NCBI GenBank assembly: GCA_050329585.1
Contig: JBHJOR010000035.1
Coordinates: 1,434 to 65,433, forward strand
Source of the DNA: Candidatus Methylacidiphilales bacterium
Lineage (GTDB): Bacteria > Verrucomicrobiota > Verrucomicrobiia > Methylacidiphilales > JBCBYL01
Direction: 5' to 3'
DNA: 64,000 nt
Both the position numbers and the translations under genes were made by a program. Below the pieces are notes generated by a model. It was not told where the DNA came from. It saw nothing but the letters and a program-made list of their open reading frames with translations, and did no database searches. Positions 1 to 7,824 of the stretch are shown here, piece by piece (the first letter of the stretch is position 1; each line of letters starts with the position of its first letter).

Positions 1-1
1 C

Positions 2-373
2 TCCGCTCTGGCGGCTATAGAAAAAGACATCCTTGCCGCCGGGCACCAGATCCTGGCCATCAGTCCGGACCAACCCGCCAAGCTCGCCGAAACCCCCGAC
101 CGCGAAAACCTGAACTACCGTCTGCTCTCCGACAGCACCATGGAAACCGCCAAGGCCTTCGGCATCACGTTCCAAGTTCCCGCCGAACTGGTTTCCAAAT
201 ACAAAAACGAATACCAAATCGACCTCGAAGCCGCCTCCGGCCAGACCCACCACCTACTTCCGCACCCGGCGGTCTATGTGGTCGGCACCGACGGCGTCAT
301 CCGCTTCGCCCACGTCAACGAAGACTACAAAGTCCGCCTCGAACCCGGAAAAATCCTTGAAGCGGTTAAGTAG
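2..373 (+). CDS. Peroxiredoxin-like (AhpC/TSA thioredoxin-fold) protein, 5'-truncated by the window edge
   Basis: The frame of listed ORF 140..373 stays open back to nt 2. The translation ...ILAISPDQPAKLAET...YRLLSDSTMETAKAFGI...LPHPAVYVVGTDGVIRFAHVNEDYKVRLEP resembles the C-terminal half of PRX-like2/AhpC-TSA proteins. Confidence 0.7.
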   Translation, partial: SALAAIEKDILAAGHQILAISPDQPAKLAETPDRENLNYRLLSDSTMETAKAFGITFQVPAELVSKYKNEYQIDLEAASGQTHHLLPHPAVYVVGTDGVIRFAHVNEDYKVRLEPGKILEAVK

Positions 374-431
374 CACTAGCTCTGAGGGCTTTTAAACTTG
401 CGGGTTTGAGGATTGATTGTATCTTAGCGTA

Positions 432-806
432 ATGAAAGTGGTTATGGCTTCACTTTTGGCATTTTGCCTTTTAGTGACGCCGTGTATTTGCTCGGAGCTA
501 GCCGAAGGTTGTGATCATTCAGCCAAAAAGTGTTGCTCTACGACTCCAACTCAGCCTTCGTTACCCTTAACGGATTGCGGAACGCTATGCAATCATTGCA
601 ATCCAACGATCGCGATCTCTCAAGATACGGCTGCCTCGACGTTACTCAAAAAGGCCAGCATCCAGCCGATTTTTTTCTCCTTTTGGGATGGGATGTTCAA
701 CGGACTGAATTTCAGAGCGAGATATGGTTCCGGTAACGTTAAAGAGCTGGTTGAGATTTCCCCGCCGCGCGATTTGGTGATTTTATATCACTGCCTGCTG
801 TGCTGA
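432..806 (+). CDS. Hypothetical exported cysteine-rich protein
   Basis: The listed ORF 417..806 starts at TTG; ATG at 432 gives MKVVMASLLAFCLLVTPCIC..., a signal-like hydrophobic N-terminus. There are 10 Cys, including a KKCC motif, DCGTLCNHC and a C-terminal HCLLC. I recognise no family. Confidence 0.4.
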   Translation: MKVVMASLLAFCLLVTPCICSELAEGCDHSAKKCCSTTPTQPSLPLTDCGTLCNHCNPTIAISQDTAASTLLKKASIQPIFFSFWDGMFNGLNFRARYGSGNVKELVEISPPRDLVILYHCLLC

Positions 807-909
807 AAAAGCGGGAGCAGCGGTCGAGCACGGCCGACCCCTGCATGCATCCCCGATGCCGGGCAATGAGTCCGAATGGTAAACCCCAACTTTAAATAGA
901 AAGTTCAAG

Positions 910-1053
910 ATGAAAAAAATGATATTAATGCTGGCGCTTTTGAGTGTGGGCAGCTTGGCAACGGTCCAAGCCGCTGCATCCTGCAAAGCGTGCTGTAAAG
1001 ATGCTTGTTCCGCCTGCTGTGGAGATTCATGCTCCAGCTGCTGCGGTAAATAA
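910..1053 (+). CDS. Small exported cysteine-rich peptide (47 aa), three tandem CxxCC units
   Basis: Not in the ORF track (under 60 aa). I translated it by hand as MKKMILMLALLSVGSLATVQAAASCKACCKDACSACCGDSCSSCCGK*. It has a Sec-type leader with an AxA-like VQA|A site, and the predicted mature 26 aa contain 9 Cys. A strong terminator follows directly. Confidence 0.5.
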   Translation: MKKMILMLALLSVGSLATVQAAASCKACCKDACSACCGDSCSSCCGK

Positions 1054-1077
1054 CGGAACGTAGTCTGTCAACAACGA

Positions 1078-1113
1078 GACCCGGTTGCGGAAACGCAGCC
1101 GGGTCTTTTTTTT
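1078..1113 (+). terminator. Rho-independent terminator between convergent units (12-bp stem, GAAA loop, T8)
   Basis: The sequence is GACCCGGTTGCG-GAAA-CGCAGCCGGGTC followed by TTTTTTTT. It lies 25 nt after the stop of the 47-aa ORF and 37 nt beyond the stop of the minus-strand dehydrogenase gene. Confidence 0.7.
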
Positions 1114-1149
1114 GATGGCGCCTTTTTAAGAGGAAGGTTTTCTGCGGGT

Positions 1150-2088
1150 TTAGACCGAAAGGGTCTGCCGGACTTGGGTGCGGGTTTTATGCAAGGCGTG
1201 GGCGGAGGATTGGAGGGCGGTGAGTTCCTTGGGCCAGAGTTCGAGTTCGAGATGTTCGGTGGCGCCATCGCGGGTGACGCGGGTCGGAACACTGAGAGAA
1301 ATGTTCCGGATGCCATACGCACCGCGAATGCGGGAAGAGACGGGGAGGATACGACCGCGGTTGAGGGCGATGCTTTCGATGACTTCGGCAATACCAACAC
1401 CGACCGCCCAAGCGGCTCCGCCTTTACGGGAAATCACTTCGGCACCGCTTTTTTGAGTGCGTTCGAAAATCTGATTCTGGAAAGCGGGGGTGACGCCGGG
1501 GAATTTGGTCAGCGGGAAGCCGTCCACCGTGGCGGAGGACCAGACCGGCAGCATGGAATCGCCATGTTCTCCGAGGATCATGGCGCGAACTTGGGTGGGA
1601 GGGAGTTTAAGCTGTTCGGCGATCAGGGAGCAGAAGCGTGAGGTGTCCAGGACGGTGCCGAGGCCCATGACTTGGTAATCGGGCAGGCCGGAGAGTTCAA
1701 CCGCCACGTCGGTGAGGATGTCCACGGGGTTGGAGACCACCAGGATTTTGGCGCAGGAGCGGAACCCGGCGGACTTGAGTTTGCGAATGATATCGACGAA
1801 GATAGAGGTGTTGCGGTTGATGAGGTCGAGCCGTGTTTCGTCTGGTTTACGGCGGGAGCCGGCGGTGATGCAGATGATGTTGGCTTTGGCGGCCTCTTCG
1901 TAACCCACAGCGCGGATACGTTGGTCGGCGCAGTAAGCGGCACCGTGGATCAGGTCGAGTGCCTCGCCTTCGGCGGCGGCCTGGTTGGCGTCGAGCAGCA
2001 TGATTTCCTCAACGATGCCGCGAACCTGAAGAGTGAATGCGGCGCAGGCGCCGACGCGGCCTCCGCCTCCGATGATAGCTACTTTCAT
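1150..2088 (-). CDS. L-lactate/malate dehydrogenase-family NAD(P) oxidoreductase, last gene of the BMC operon
   Basis: It has the N-terminal Rossmann motif MKVAIIGGGGRVG, and SNPVDILT and GEHGDS motifs typical of LDH/MDH. A 4-nt ATGA overlap couples it to the aldolase gene. The position matches the LDH-like gene of PVM-type BMC loci. Confidence 0.85.
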   Translation of the reverse strand: MKVAIIGGGGRVGACAAFTLQVRGIVEEIMLLDANQAAAEGEALDLIHGAAYCADQRIRAVGYEEAAKANIICITAGSRRKPDETRLDLINRNTSIFVDIIRKLKSAGFRSCAKILVVSNPVDILTDVAVELSGLPDYQVMGLGTVLDTSRFCSLIAEQLKLPPTQVRAMILGEHGDSMLPVWSSATVDGFPLTKFPGVTPAFQNQIFERTQKSGAEVISRKGGAAWAVGVGIAEVIESIALNRGRILPVSSRIRGAYGIRNISLSVPTRVTRDGATEHLELELWPKELTALQSSAHALHKTRTQVRQTLSV

Positions 2089-3206
2089 GATGAACCTTTC
2101 TCGAGTGCGTTGATGATTTGGTTGGTAATGCGCTGGACGGCGTCTTCAAATTCCTGATTGGAGGATGGAGAAGTGGAGGGAGCGGCGGTTTTTGAGGAGC
2201 AGCCGCAGGGACGATCTTTCATGGTGGCCCAGGGATCCATTTCACAGAGTTGGGCCGGTTTGAGATCGTAGCGGGAATCAGGCAGGCCAAGTCCTTTTTT
2301 GAGGTCGAGGAGTTTACTGACTTCATGATCGGGAATGGTGGTGCCGCGGTCGGGGATTTGGGTGGCCATGATCAACGTGCGGCAGTAAGCATCGGTGATT
2401 TCCATTTTAAAATAAGCGTCTTCAACCGAGGTTCCCCAGCAGATCACGCCGTGGTTTCCCATCAGAATGGATTGATGTTGAGGGGACATGGGGCCAATGA
2501 CGTCGGCCATCTCAGGGCTGCCCGGGGTGCGGTAGGGAGCCACGGCCACTTCACCGACGAAGACCTCGATTTCGGGGATGAGGCACGGCGGGGGTTTGAG
2601 ACCGGCGATGGCGAAGGCAGTGGCATGCACCGGGTGGGCGTGGCAAACGGAGAAGGCTTCAGGGACGTTGCGATAGATGGCCAGGTGGGTGGTGACTTCG
2701 CTGGTGCGTTTCCAAGTGCCGGCCAGTTGTTTGCCATCGATGTCCACCATGCCGAGCATTTCGGGTTTCAGAAAGCCCTTACTGACGCCAGTGGGGGTGC
2801 AAAGGAATTTGCCTTCGGCGACACGGCAGGAAATATTGCCTCCGTTGCCGTCCACATATTCACGGGCCCAGATGCGGCGGCCGATGTCGCAGATTTCTTC
2901 TTTGAGTTGGCGTGCTTCCGGGGAGTTGAAGATGGCAAGGTCTTCGGCGGTGTAGCCCGAGGTGTCGGCGGTTCCTTTGGCCGGAGGCTGGGGGACTTTG
3001 ACCAGTTTGAGGCCGGGAGATGAGGGAGCGCCGGATGAGGTGTTGGAGGACGGAGTCCCGTTGCTGCTTTGCAGGACGAGGCGGATACCGGCTTCGGAGA
3101 GGGCGTCACGGGCACTGGGGGTCAGGCGGGTGGAGCGGTCGTAGGAGAACGTTTTGGCTCCGGTTTGAATGAAGGCTTGGGCATCTTGGATGGAGAATAC
3201 GCTCAT
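2085..3206 (-). CDS. Class II aldolase/adducin-domain protein (fuculose/rhamnulose-phosphate aldolase-like) with N- and C-terminal extensions
   Basis: The core shows GNGGNISCR, TPTGVSKG and a His cluster (HAHPVHATAF, MGNHGVICWG) typical of class II aldolases. A roughly 110-aa N-terminal extension carries an S/P/T-rich linker. A C-terminal tail ends in the amphipathic helix EFEDAVQRITNQIINALEK. Confidence 0.85.
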   Translation of the reverse strand: MSVFSIQDAQAFIQTGAKTFSYDRSTRLTPSARDALSEAGIRLVLQSSNGTPSSNTSSGAPSSPGLKLVKVPQPPAKGTADTSGYTAEDLAIFNSPEARQLKEEICDIGRRIWAREYVDGNGGNISCRVAEGKFLCTPTGVSKGFLKPEMLGMVDIDGKQLAGTWKRTSEVTTHLAIYRNVPEAFSVCHAHPVHATAFAIAGLKPPPCLIPEIEVFVGEVAVAPYRTPGSPEMADVIGPMSPQHQSILMGNHGVICWGTSVEDAYFKMEITDAYCRTLIMATQIPDRGTTIPDHEVSKLLDLKKGLGLPDSRYDLKPAQLCEMDPWATMKDRPCGCSSKTAAPSTSPSSNQEFEDAVQRITNQIINALEKGSS

Positions 3207-3229
3207 AAGTGGGGTGGAGTGGCGAAGGT

Positions 3230-3520
3230 TTATTGGGGCTCTTGTTCTTGGTAAAAGTAAGTGTCCACCAGCGCGGCGCAGTAGGCGTCGATGGGGATGG
3301 GAGGATCAAAGGGACAGGCGGCTTCGCGCCCTTCACTGATGGCAATCGTCTGGCCGACGTCGGCACCCAGTTCGTCGTAGGCAACAATGGAAAAAGAGGT
3401 TTGTTCCGGCTTGGAAAAAGTTTCAGGTATCCAAGGCAAAGCAAGGAGCAGGCGTTCTCCTTTGAGTTTGGGATGGCGCACGGAAAGGGTGACGCGGCCG
3501 ATGACGGTGGCGAGTCTCAT
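3230..3520 (-). CDS. BMC-P vertex protein (EutN/CcmL family)
   Basis: The listed ORF 3230..3568 contains an internal start giving MRLATVIGRVTLSVRHPKLKG..., the typical EutN/CcmL N-terminus. This ATG overlaps the upstream gene stop as ATGA. Confidence 0.85.
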   Translation of the reverse strand: MRLATVIGRVTLSVRHPKLKGERLLLALPWIPETFSKPEQTSFSIVAYDELGADVGQTIAISEGREAACPFDPPIPIDAYCAALVDTYFYQEQEPQ

Positions 3521-3795
3521 GAGGTGGCGAGGCTCCTTTCGGGATCCACGATGCCCATGACAGTCCAACGAGCCGGGCTGAGATCATCACGCACCAGTTT
3601 ACGGGCTTCGATGCCATCGCTGGTGAGAATGACACGCTGGTGAATGGCGGCGCCGAGATGGTCGAGGACGACTTGGGGTGCACCCTCAGGGTTGCCGTCT
3701 GTTCCGCAGGGCTGGGCAATCAACATGCGCCATCCGCTCAAGCTGGGATGCTTGATGGTGGAGGTGACGTATCCTTTGATAATGGCCAGTTGCAT
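3517..3795 (-). CDS. BMC-P vertex protein (EutN/CcmL family)
   Basis: The N-terminus MQLAIIKGYVTSTIKHPSLSGWRMLIAQP... and the roughly 92-aa length are typical of the EutN/CcmL fold. Confidence 0.85.
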   Translation of the reverse strand: MQLAIIKGYVTSTIKHPSLSGWRMLIAQPCGTDGNPEGAPQVVLDHLGAAIHQRVILTSDGIEARKLVRDDLSPARWTVMGIVDPERSLATS

Positions 3796-3816
3796 AAGCG
3801 GGGTGGTTAAATCGTA

Positions 3817-5256
3817 TTAATAGAGGTTGAGATTCTCGACCATGACGCAGCGTCGGGAGCGGGTGAACGTCATGGGGGTGGTGACGCCCTCGCCGGTGGG
3901 GGTGGCGACACTGAAGCTGAGGAAGCCTTCGCCGCCGAGTCCAAGGCCGGTCATGCAGGGGCCGTTTTTGATGAAGAGGGTGGTATCCACTTCCTGAGCC
4001 ATGCGGGTGAGGTGGTCGATGTTACGGGAGTGCATGATGGCGGTGTGTTTGTAGCCGTGTTCGGCCTGGATAGCGGCGGCGATGGCGGCGTCGACGTCTT
4101 TGACCCGAACGATGGGGAGGAACGGCATCATTTGTTCTTCTTGGACAAACAGGTGGTCGGCTTTGGTTTCACCGAAAAGGAGTTCAGTCTTGGCAGGGAT
4201 CGACTTTCCGATGGCAGAGGCGAGAACTACAGGGTCTTTACCGATAAAGTCCTTATTTACCGAGGCGTGAGCGCATCCGGCACCCTGACCTTCGGGGAAA
4301 ACGAAGGCCTTTTTGGCCAGTTGTTCGATTTCGGAAGAAGAGAGTCGGACGGCACCCGCTTTTTCAAGGGCTTTCATGAGAGCGTCGGCCACAGCTTCGA
4401 CCACAAAAACTTCTTTTTCTCCAATACAAAGAAGGTTGTTGTCATACGATGCGCCTTGGATGATGGAACGTGCGGCGCGGTCGAGATCGGCGGTTTCATC
4501 GACAACGACCGGGGGGTTGCCGGGCCCGGCGCACACGGCGCGCTTGCCGGTTTTCATGGCGGCGGCGACCACAGCAGGTCCGCCGGTGACGCAGAGGAGG
4601 CGCACGTGTTCGTGGGCACACATCTGGTTGAAGGTTTCCAGAGTGGGTTTTCGGACCGTGGTGAGAAGGTCACTGATACCGGTGGCGCGGTGGATGGCTT
4701 CGTTGTAAGCGCGGATGGCCAGAGCGGCGCACCGGCAGGCGGAGGGATGGGTGTTGTAAACGACGCTGTTACCGGCGGCGATCATGTTGATGGCGTTGCC
4801 GGTTAGGGTGGGAACGCTGTGGGTGGAGGGGGTGATGGCACCGATGACGCCCCAAGGGGCGAAGTCGATCAGGGTCAGGCCGTGGTCGCCACTGAAAGCC
4901 ATGCGTTCGAGAAACTCCACACCCGGGACGAGGTCGCCGCAGATTTTAAGTTTTTCGATTTTGTGATCGAGACGGCCGATCTTGGTTTCCTCGAATTCAA
5001 TACGGCCCCATTCCTCGGCTTTGGAACGTGAGAGGTGGCGGATGGCGTCGAGGGCAGCACGGCGGGCGGCGACTCCTTTTTTGCGGAGTTGCAGGAATGA
5101 AGCGTGGGCGGCATCCACCGCCTGGTTCATCTCGTCATAAACTCCGAAGGATCCCGCAGGAGTTTCTGTAGTCGAGGACTGCGGGGCGGGTGAGGCCGGG
5201 GCGCGGAGTTTAAGCAGAACCTCGGTGACGACTTGAGCAATTTGAGCTTCGTTCAT
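3817..5256 (-). CDS. CoA-acylating aldehyde dehydrogenase (PduP/EutE-like) with N-terminal encapsulation-peptide-like helix
   Basis: The ALDH superfamily core is present (TGGPAVV, catalytic-Cys region NNLLCIGEKE). The N-terminal amphipathic helix MNEAQIAQVVTEVLLKLRA is followed by a P/S/T-rich linker. It sits inside the BMC operon. Confidence 0.9.
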   Translation of the reverse strand: MNEAQIAQVVTEVLLKLRAPASPAPQSSTTETPAGSFGVYDEMNQAVDAAHASFLQLRKKGVAARRAALDAIRHLSRSKAEEWGRIEFEETKIGRLDHKIEKLKICGDLVPGVEFLERMAFSGDHGLTLIDFAPWGVIGAITPSTHSVPTLTGNAINMIAAGNSVVYNTHPSACRCAALAIRAYNEAIHRATGISDLLTTVRKPTLETFNQMCAHEHVRLLCVTGGPAVVAAAMKTGKRAVCAGPGNPPVVVDETADLDRAARSIIQGASYDNNLLCIGEKEVFVVEAVADALMKALEKAGAVRLSSSEIEQLAKKAFVFPEGQGAGCAHASVNKDFIGKDPVVLASAIGKSIPAKTELLFGETKADHLFVQEEQMMPFLPIVRVKDVDAAIAAAIQAEHGYKHTAIMHSRNIDHLTRMAQEVDTTLFIKNGPCMTGLGLGGEGFLSFSVATPTGEGVTTPMTFTRSRRCVMVENLNLY

Positions 5257-5289
5257 GTTGTGGGATTTGAGGCGAGGTTAGGGTCCGGG

Positions 5290-5604
5290 TTAGCGGGCGG
5301 AGTAGATGGATAGCTTGGCCAAGTCGACGGAATCGACGATACCGATCACCACGGCGTCCACCGGGCTGTTTTTATTTTTATCGTCCATGGCCAAACGGGC
5401 GGAGCTACCTTGGGCCACCAGAACCACTTCACCCTCGCCCGCGCCGAGTTGGTCGACCGCTACGAGGGTGCTTTTGCCCTCCTTGAGGCTGCGGTCGCCC
5501 GCGTTTTCCAAGATGAGGGGACGGACAAACAAGAGTTTGCTGCCGTGCATGGCTGGGGTCTTTTTAGTGGCCACCAGACTGCCTTCTACCCGTGCCAGTA
5601 TCAT
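5290..5604 (-). CDS. BMC-P vertex protein (EutN/CcmL family)
   Basis: The sequence MILARVEGSLVATKKTPAMHGSKLLFVRP...VVIGIVDSV follows the EutN/CcmL pattern. It is the third paralog in the locus. Confidence 0.85.
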   Translation of the reverse strand: MILARVEGSLVATKKTPAMHGSKLLFVRPLILENAGDRSLKEGKSTLVAVDQLGAGEGEVVLVAQGSSARLAMDDKNKNSPVDAVVIGIVDSVDLAKLSIYSAR

Positions 5605-5622
5605 AAAAATGATCCGGTTCGG

Positions 5623-5904
5623 TTATTTGAACGAAGGCAGAACGGCGGACAGTTCGGTCTGGGGCCGGGCGATAACGCTGACCGAAATGACCTCGCCCAG
5701 TCCTTCAGCGGCGGCACGACCGGCTTCGGTGGCGGCCTTGACGGCGGCAACATCACCGGTAACGCAGACGGACACCATGGCATTACCGACTTGTTTCATG
5801 GGGCCGACGAGCTCGACGTTGGCGGATTTGAGCATGGCGTCGGTGGCTTCGACGAGGGCGATGAGGCCGCGGGTTTCGATGAGTCCAATGGCTTGTTGTA
5901 ACAT
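5623..5904 (-). CDS. BMC-H hexameric shell protein (PduA/EutM-like, Pfam BMC domain)
   Basis: The sequence is AIGLIETRGLIALVEATDAMLKSANVELVG...[15 protein letters not shown]...VIARP. The pore loop KQVGNAM is atypical. Confidence 0.9.
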   Translation of the reverse strand: MLQQAIGLIETRGLIALVEATDAMLKSANVELVGPMKQVGNAMVSVCVTGDVAAVKAATEAGRAAAEGLGEVISVSVIARPQTELSAVLPSFK

Positions 5905-5952
5905 AATTTCTCCTGAGTAGTTGTTGGTTTGAGGTTTTGGTTAGTGAAAGAT

Positions 5953-7143
5953 TTAGTTTTTGAGGTGATTCCAAGCGTTGCGGGCGATGATCACTTCCTC
6001 GTTGGTGGGAATGACGCGGACTTCGACGTTGGAAGCGGGTGAGCTGATGACGGCTTCGGTGGCGAGGGCCTTTTGGTTGGCAGATTCATCCAACTCGAGT
6101 CCGATAAATTCAAGATTACGGCACACTGCGGAGCGGATGAAGGGGTTATTTTCTCCGATACCGGCGGTGAAAACGAGGGTGTCTAGGCCGTTGAGTTTGA
6201 GGATGAAGCGTCCGAGGTAATTGCGGATGGCTTCGATAAAGGATTCGAGAGCCACACGGGCTTGGTCATTGCCTTGCTGTGAAGCGGCCCGAACATCACG
6301 CAGATCACCGGTGGGCGTGCCGGCCATGCCTTTCAGTCCAGAGTCGGTGCCCAACGCGCGTTCCAGTTCATCAATGCCCATGATACGTGCCAGATGCAGG
6401 GCGGCGAAGACGTCGAAGTCGCCGACGCGGTTATTCTGGGGCAGTCCGCTTTGCGGGGTCATGCCCCAACTGGAATCGATGGCGGTTCCTGAGCGGACAG
6501 CGGCGAGGGACGAGCTGCCTCCAAGATGGCAGGACACCAGTTTGAGGTCTGATTTTCCGGAGAGCTGAGCTGCGCGTTCACTGACATAGCGATGACTGGC
6601 TCCGTGGAAACCATATCGACGGATGCCGTATTGTTGTTCCCATGCGGCGGGCACCGGGTAGCGGTAGGTGGCGGGTTCGAGGTGGTCGTAGAAGGCGGTC
6701 TCGAAGGTTCCGATGCAGGGGATGTCCGGAAGTGCCTGATGGAAGGCGCGCACGGCGGCGATGTAGGGCGGGTTGTGAGCGGGCAGCATCGAGGAGATCT
6801 CCTCCATGGCCGCTAGAACGCGATCATCAAGAGTTTGTGTTCCTGAAACGCCACGAGCCATGACCGGTTTGAATCCGATGGCGGTGAGTTCTGAAACGTT
6901 CACCAATCCGGAAGATTCCAGTTTTTCCCTGACGAAGCGAATGGCCGCCTGGTAATCCGGGAAGTGGTCTTGGCCGGAGGTTTCCGCTTCGGAGCCGATC
7001 CGCACGCTCCACGGGGCATCAGAACTTCCGATGCGCTCAACCCCGCCACGCGCCAAGAGCGTCTCATCCGGCATGCGGAAAAGTCGGAACTTGAACGAGG
7101 TGCTGCCAATATTGGCGACCAAGATGTGTCCGGTGGCGGGCAT
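5953..7143 (-). CDS. ackA: Acetate/propionate-family kinase
   Basis: The N-terminus ILVANIGSTSFKFRLF, plus RRYGFHGASH, VSCHLGGSSS and FTAGIGENN, are hallmark acetate kinase motifs. The gene is embedded in the BMC operon. Confidence 0.9.
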   Translation of the reverse strand: MPATGHILVANIGSTSFKFRLFRMPDETLLARGGVERIGSSDAPWSVRIGSEAETSGQDHFPDYQAAIRFVREKLESSGLVNVSELTAIGFKPVMARGVSGTQTLDDRVLAAMEEISSMLPAHNPPYIAAVRAFHQALPDIPCIGTFETAFYDHLEPATYRYPVPAAWEQQYGIRRYGFHGASHRYVSERAAQLSGKSDLKLVSCHLGGSSSLAAVRSGTAIDSSWGMTPQSGLPQNNRVGDFDVFAALHLARIMGIDELERALGTDSGLKGMAGTPTGDLRDVRAASQQGNDQARVALESFIEAIRNYLGRFILKLNGLDTLVFTAGIGENNPFIRSAVCRNLEFIGLELDESANQKALATEAVISSPASNVEVRVIPTNEEVIIARNAWNHLKN

Positions 7144-7175
7144 TGGTGTGGGTGTTGAACGGTGCTTGTAGCGGA

Positions 7176-7478
7176 TTATTTTTTAACTGGGGCGGCGGGT
7201 TTTCCGAGCCACGTGCCAAGTCCGTAGAGGTCGCCGTGCGGGCGGGGGATAACGTGCACTGCGGAGACTTCGCCGATGGTGGCGGCGGCGGTGGCACCTG
7301 CTTCGACGGCTGCTTTGACGGCGGCGACATCACCGCGGATGACGGTGGTAACGAGGCCTGAGCCGATTTTTTCCCAGCCGACCAGTTCGACGTTGGCCGC
7401 TTTTTGCATCGCGTCCGTGGCTTCGAAGAGGGCGACGAGTCCTTTGGTTTCAATGAGTCCTAATGCTTGTCCTGCCAT
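7176..7478 (-). CDS. BMC-H hexameric shell protein (canonical KIGSG pore)
   Basis: The sequence is [57 protein letters not shown]...VIPRPH. Confidence 0.9.
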   Translation of the reverse strand: MAGQALGLIETKGLVALFEATDAMQKAANVELVGWEKIGSGLVTTVIRGDVAAVKAAVEAGATAAATIGEVSAVHVIPRPHGDLYGLGTWLGKPAAPVKK

Positions 7479-7513
7479 AGTAGTGGTTCCTTTATTTTAG
7501 ATACGCCGGGTGA

Positions 7514-7780
7514 TCAGGCGAAAAAGTTGATGAGTCCGGGTGAGGGGCGGGCGATGACGTGTGAGGCGTTGAGGGTGCCGATGCGGGCGGCGGTTTCCTT
7601 ACCTGCTTCGACGGCGGCTTTGACACTTCCGACATCTCCTTTGACCACGGTGGTGATGAGGCCTCCACCGATTTGGATGGAGCGCACCAGCTCCACGTTG
7701 GCTGCTTTGACCATGGCGTCGCTGGCTTCGACCAGACCGACATAGCCCTTGGTTTCCAAGAGCCCGATTGCTTCGTTCAT
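7514..7780 (-). CDS. BMC-H hexameric shell protein (QIGGG pore variant)
   Basis: The sequence is [57 protein letters not shown]...VIARP. Confidence 0.9.
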   Translation of the reverse strand: MNEAIGLLETKGYVGLVEASDAMVKAANVELVRSIQIGGGLITTVVKGDVGSVKAAVEAGKETAARIGTLNASHVIARPSPGLINFFA

Positions 7781-7824
7781 TGTTTCAATTTCCTTTCGTT
7801 GGGTTCCTATCCTGAGTTCAAAAA

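Noticed and set aside
2250-5031. Plus-strand ORFs antisense to the BMC aldolase and aldehyde dehydrogenase (2250..3023, 4012..4806, 4313..4708 and others).
   Set aside because: They have the same shadow-ORF signature (Gly/Asp/Val/Ala-rich, no motifs), whereas the minus-strand products are unmistakable enzymes.
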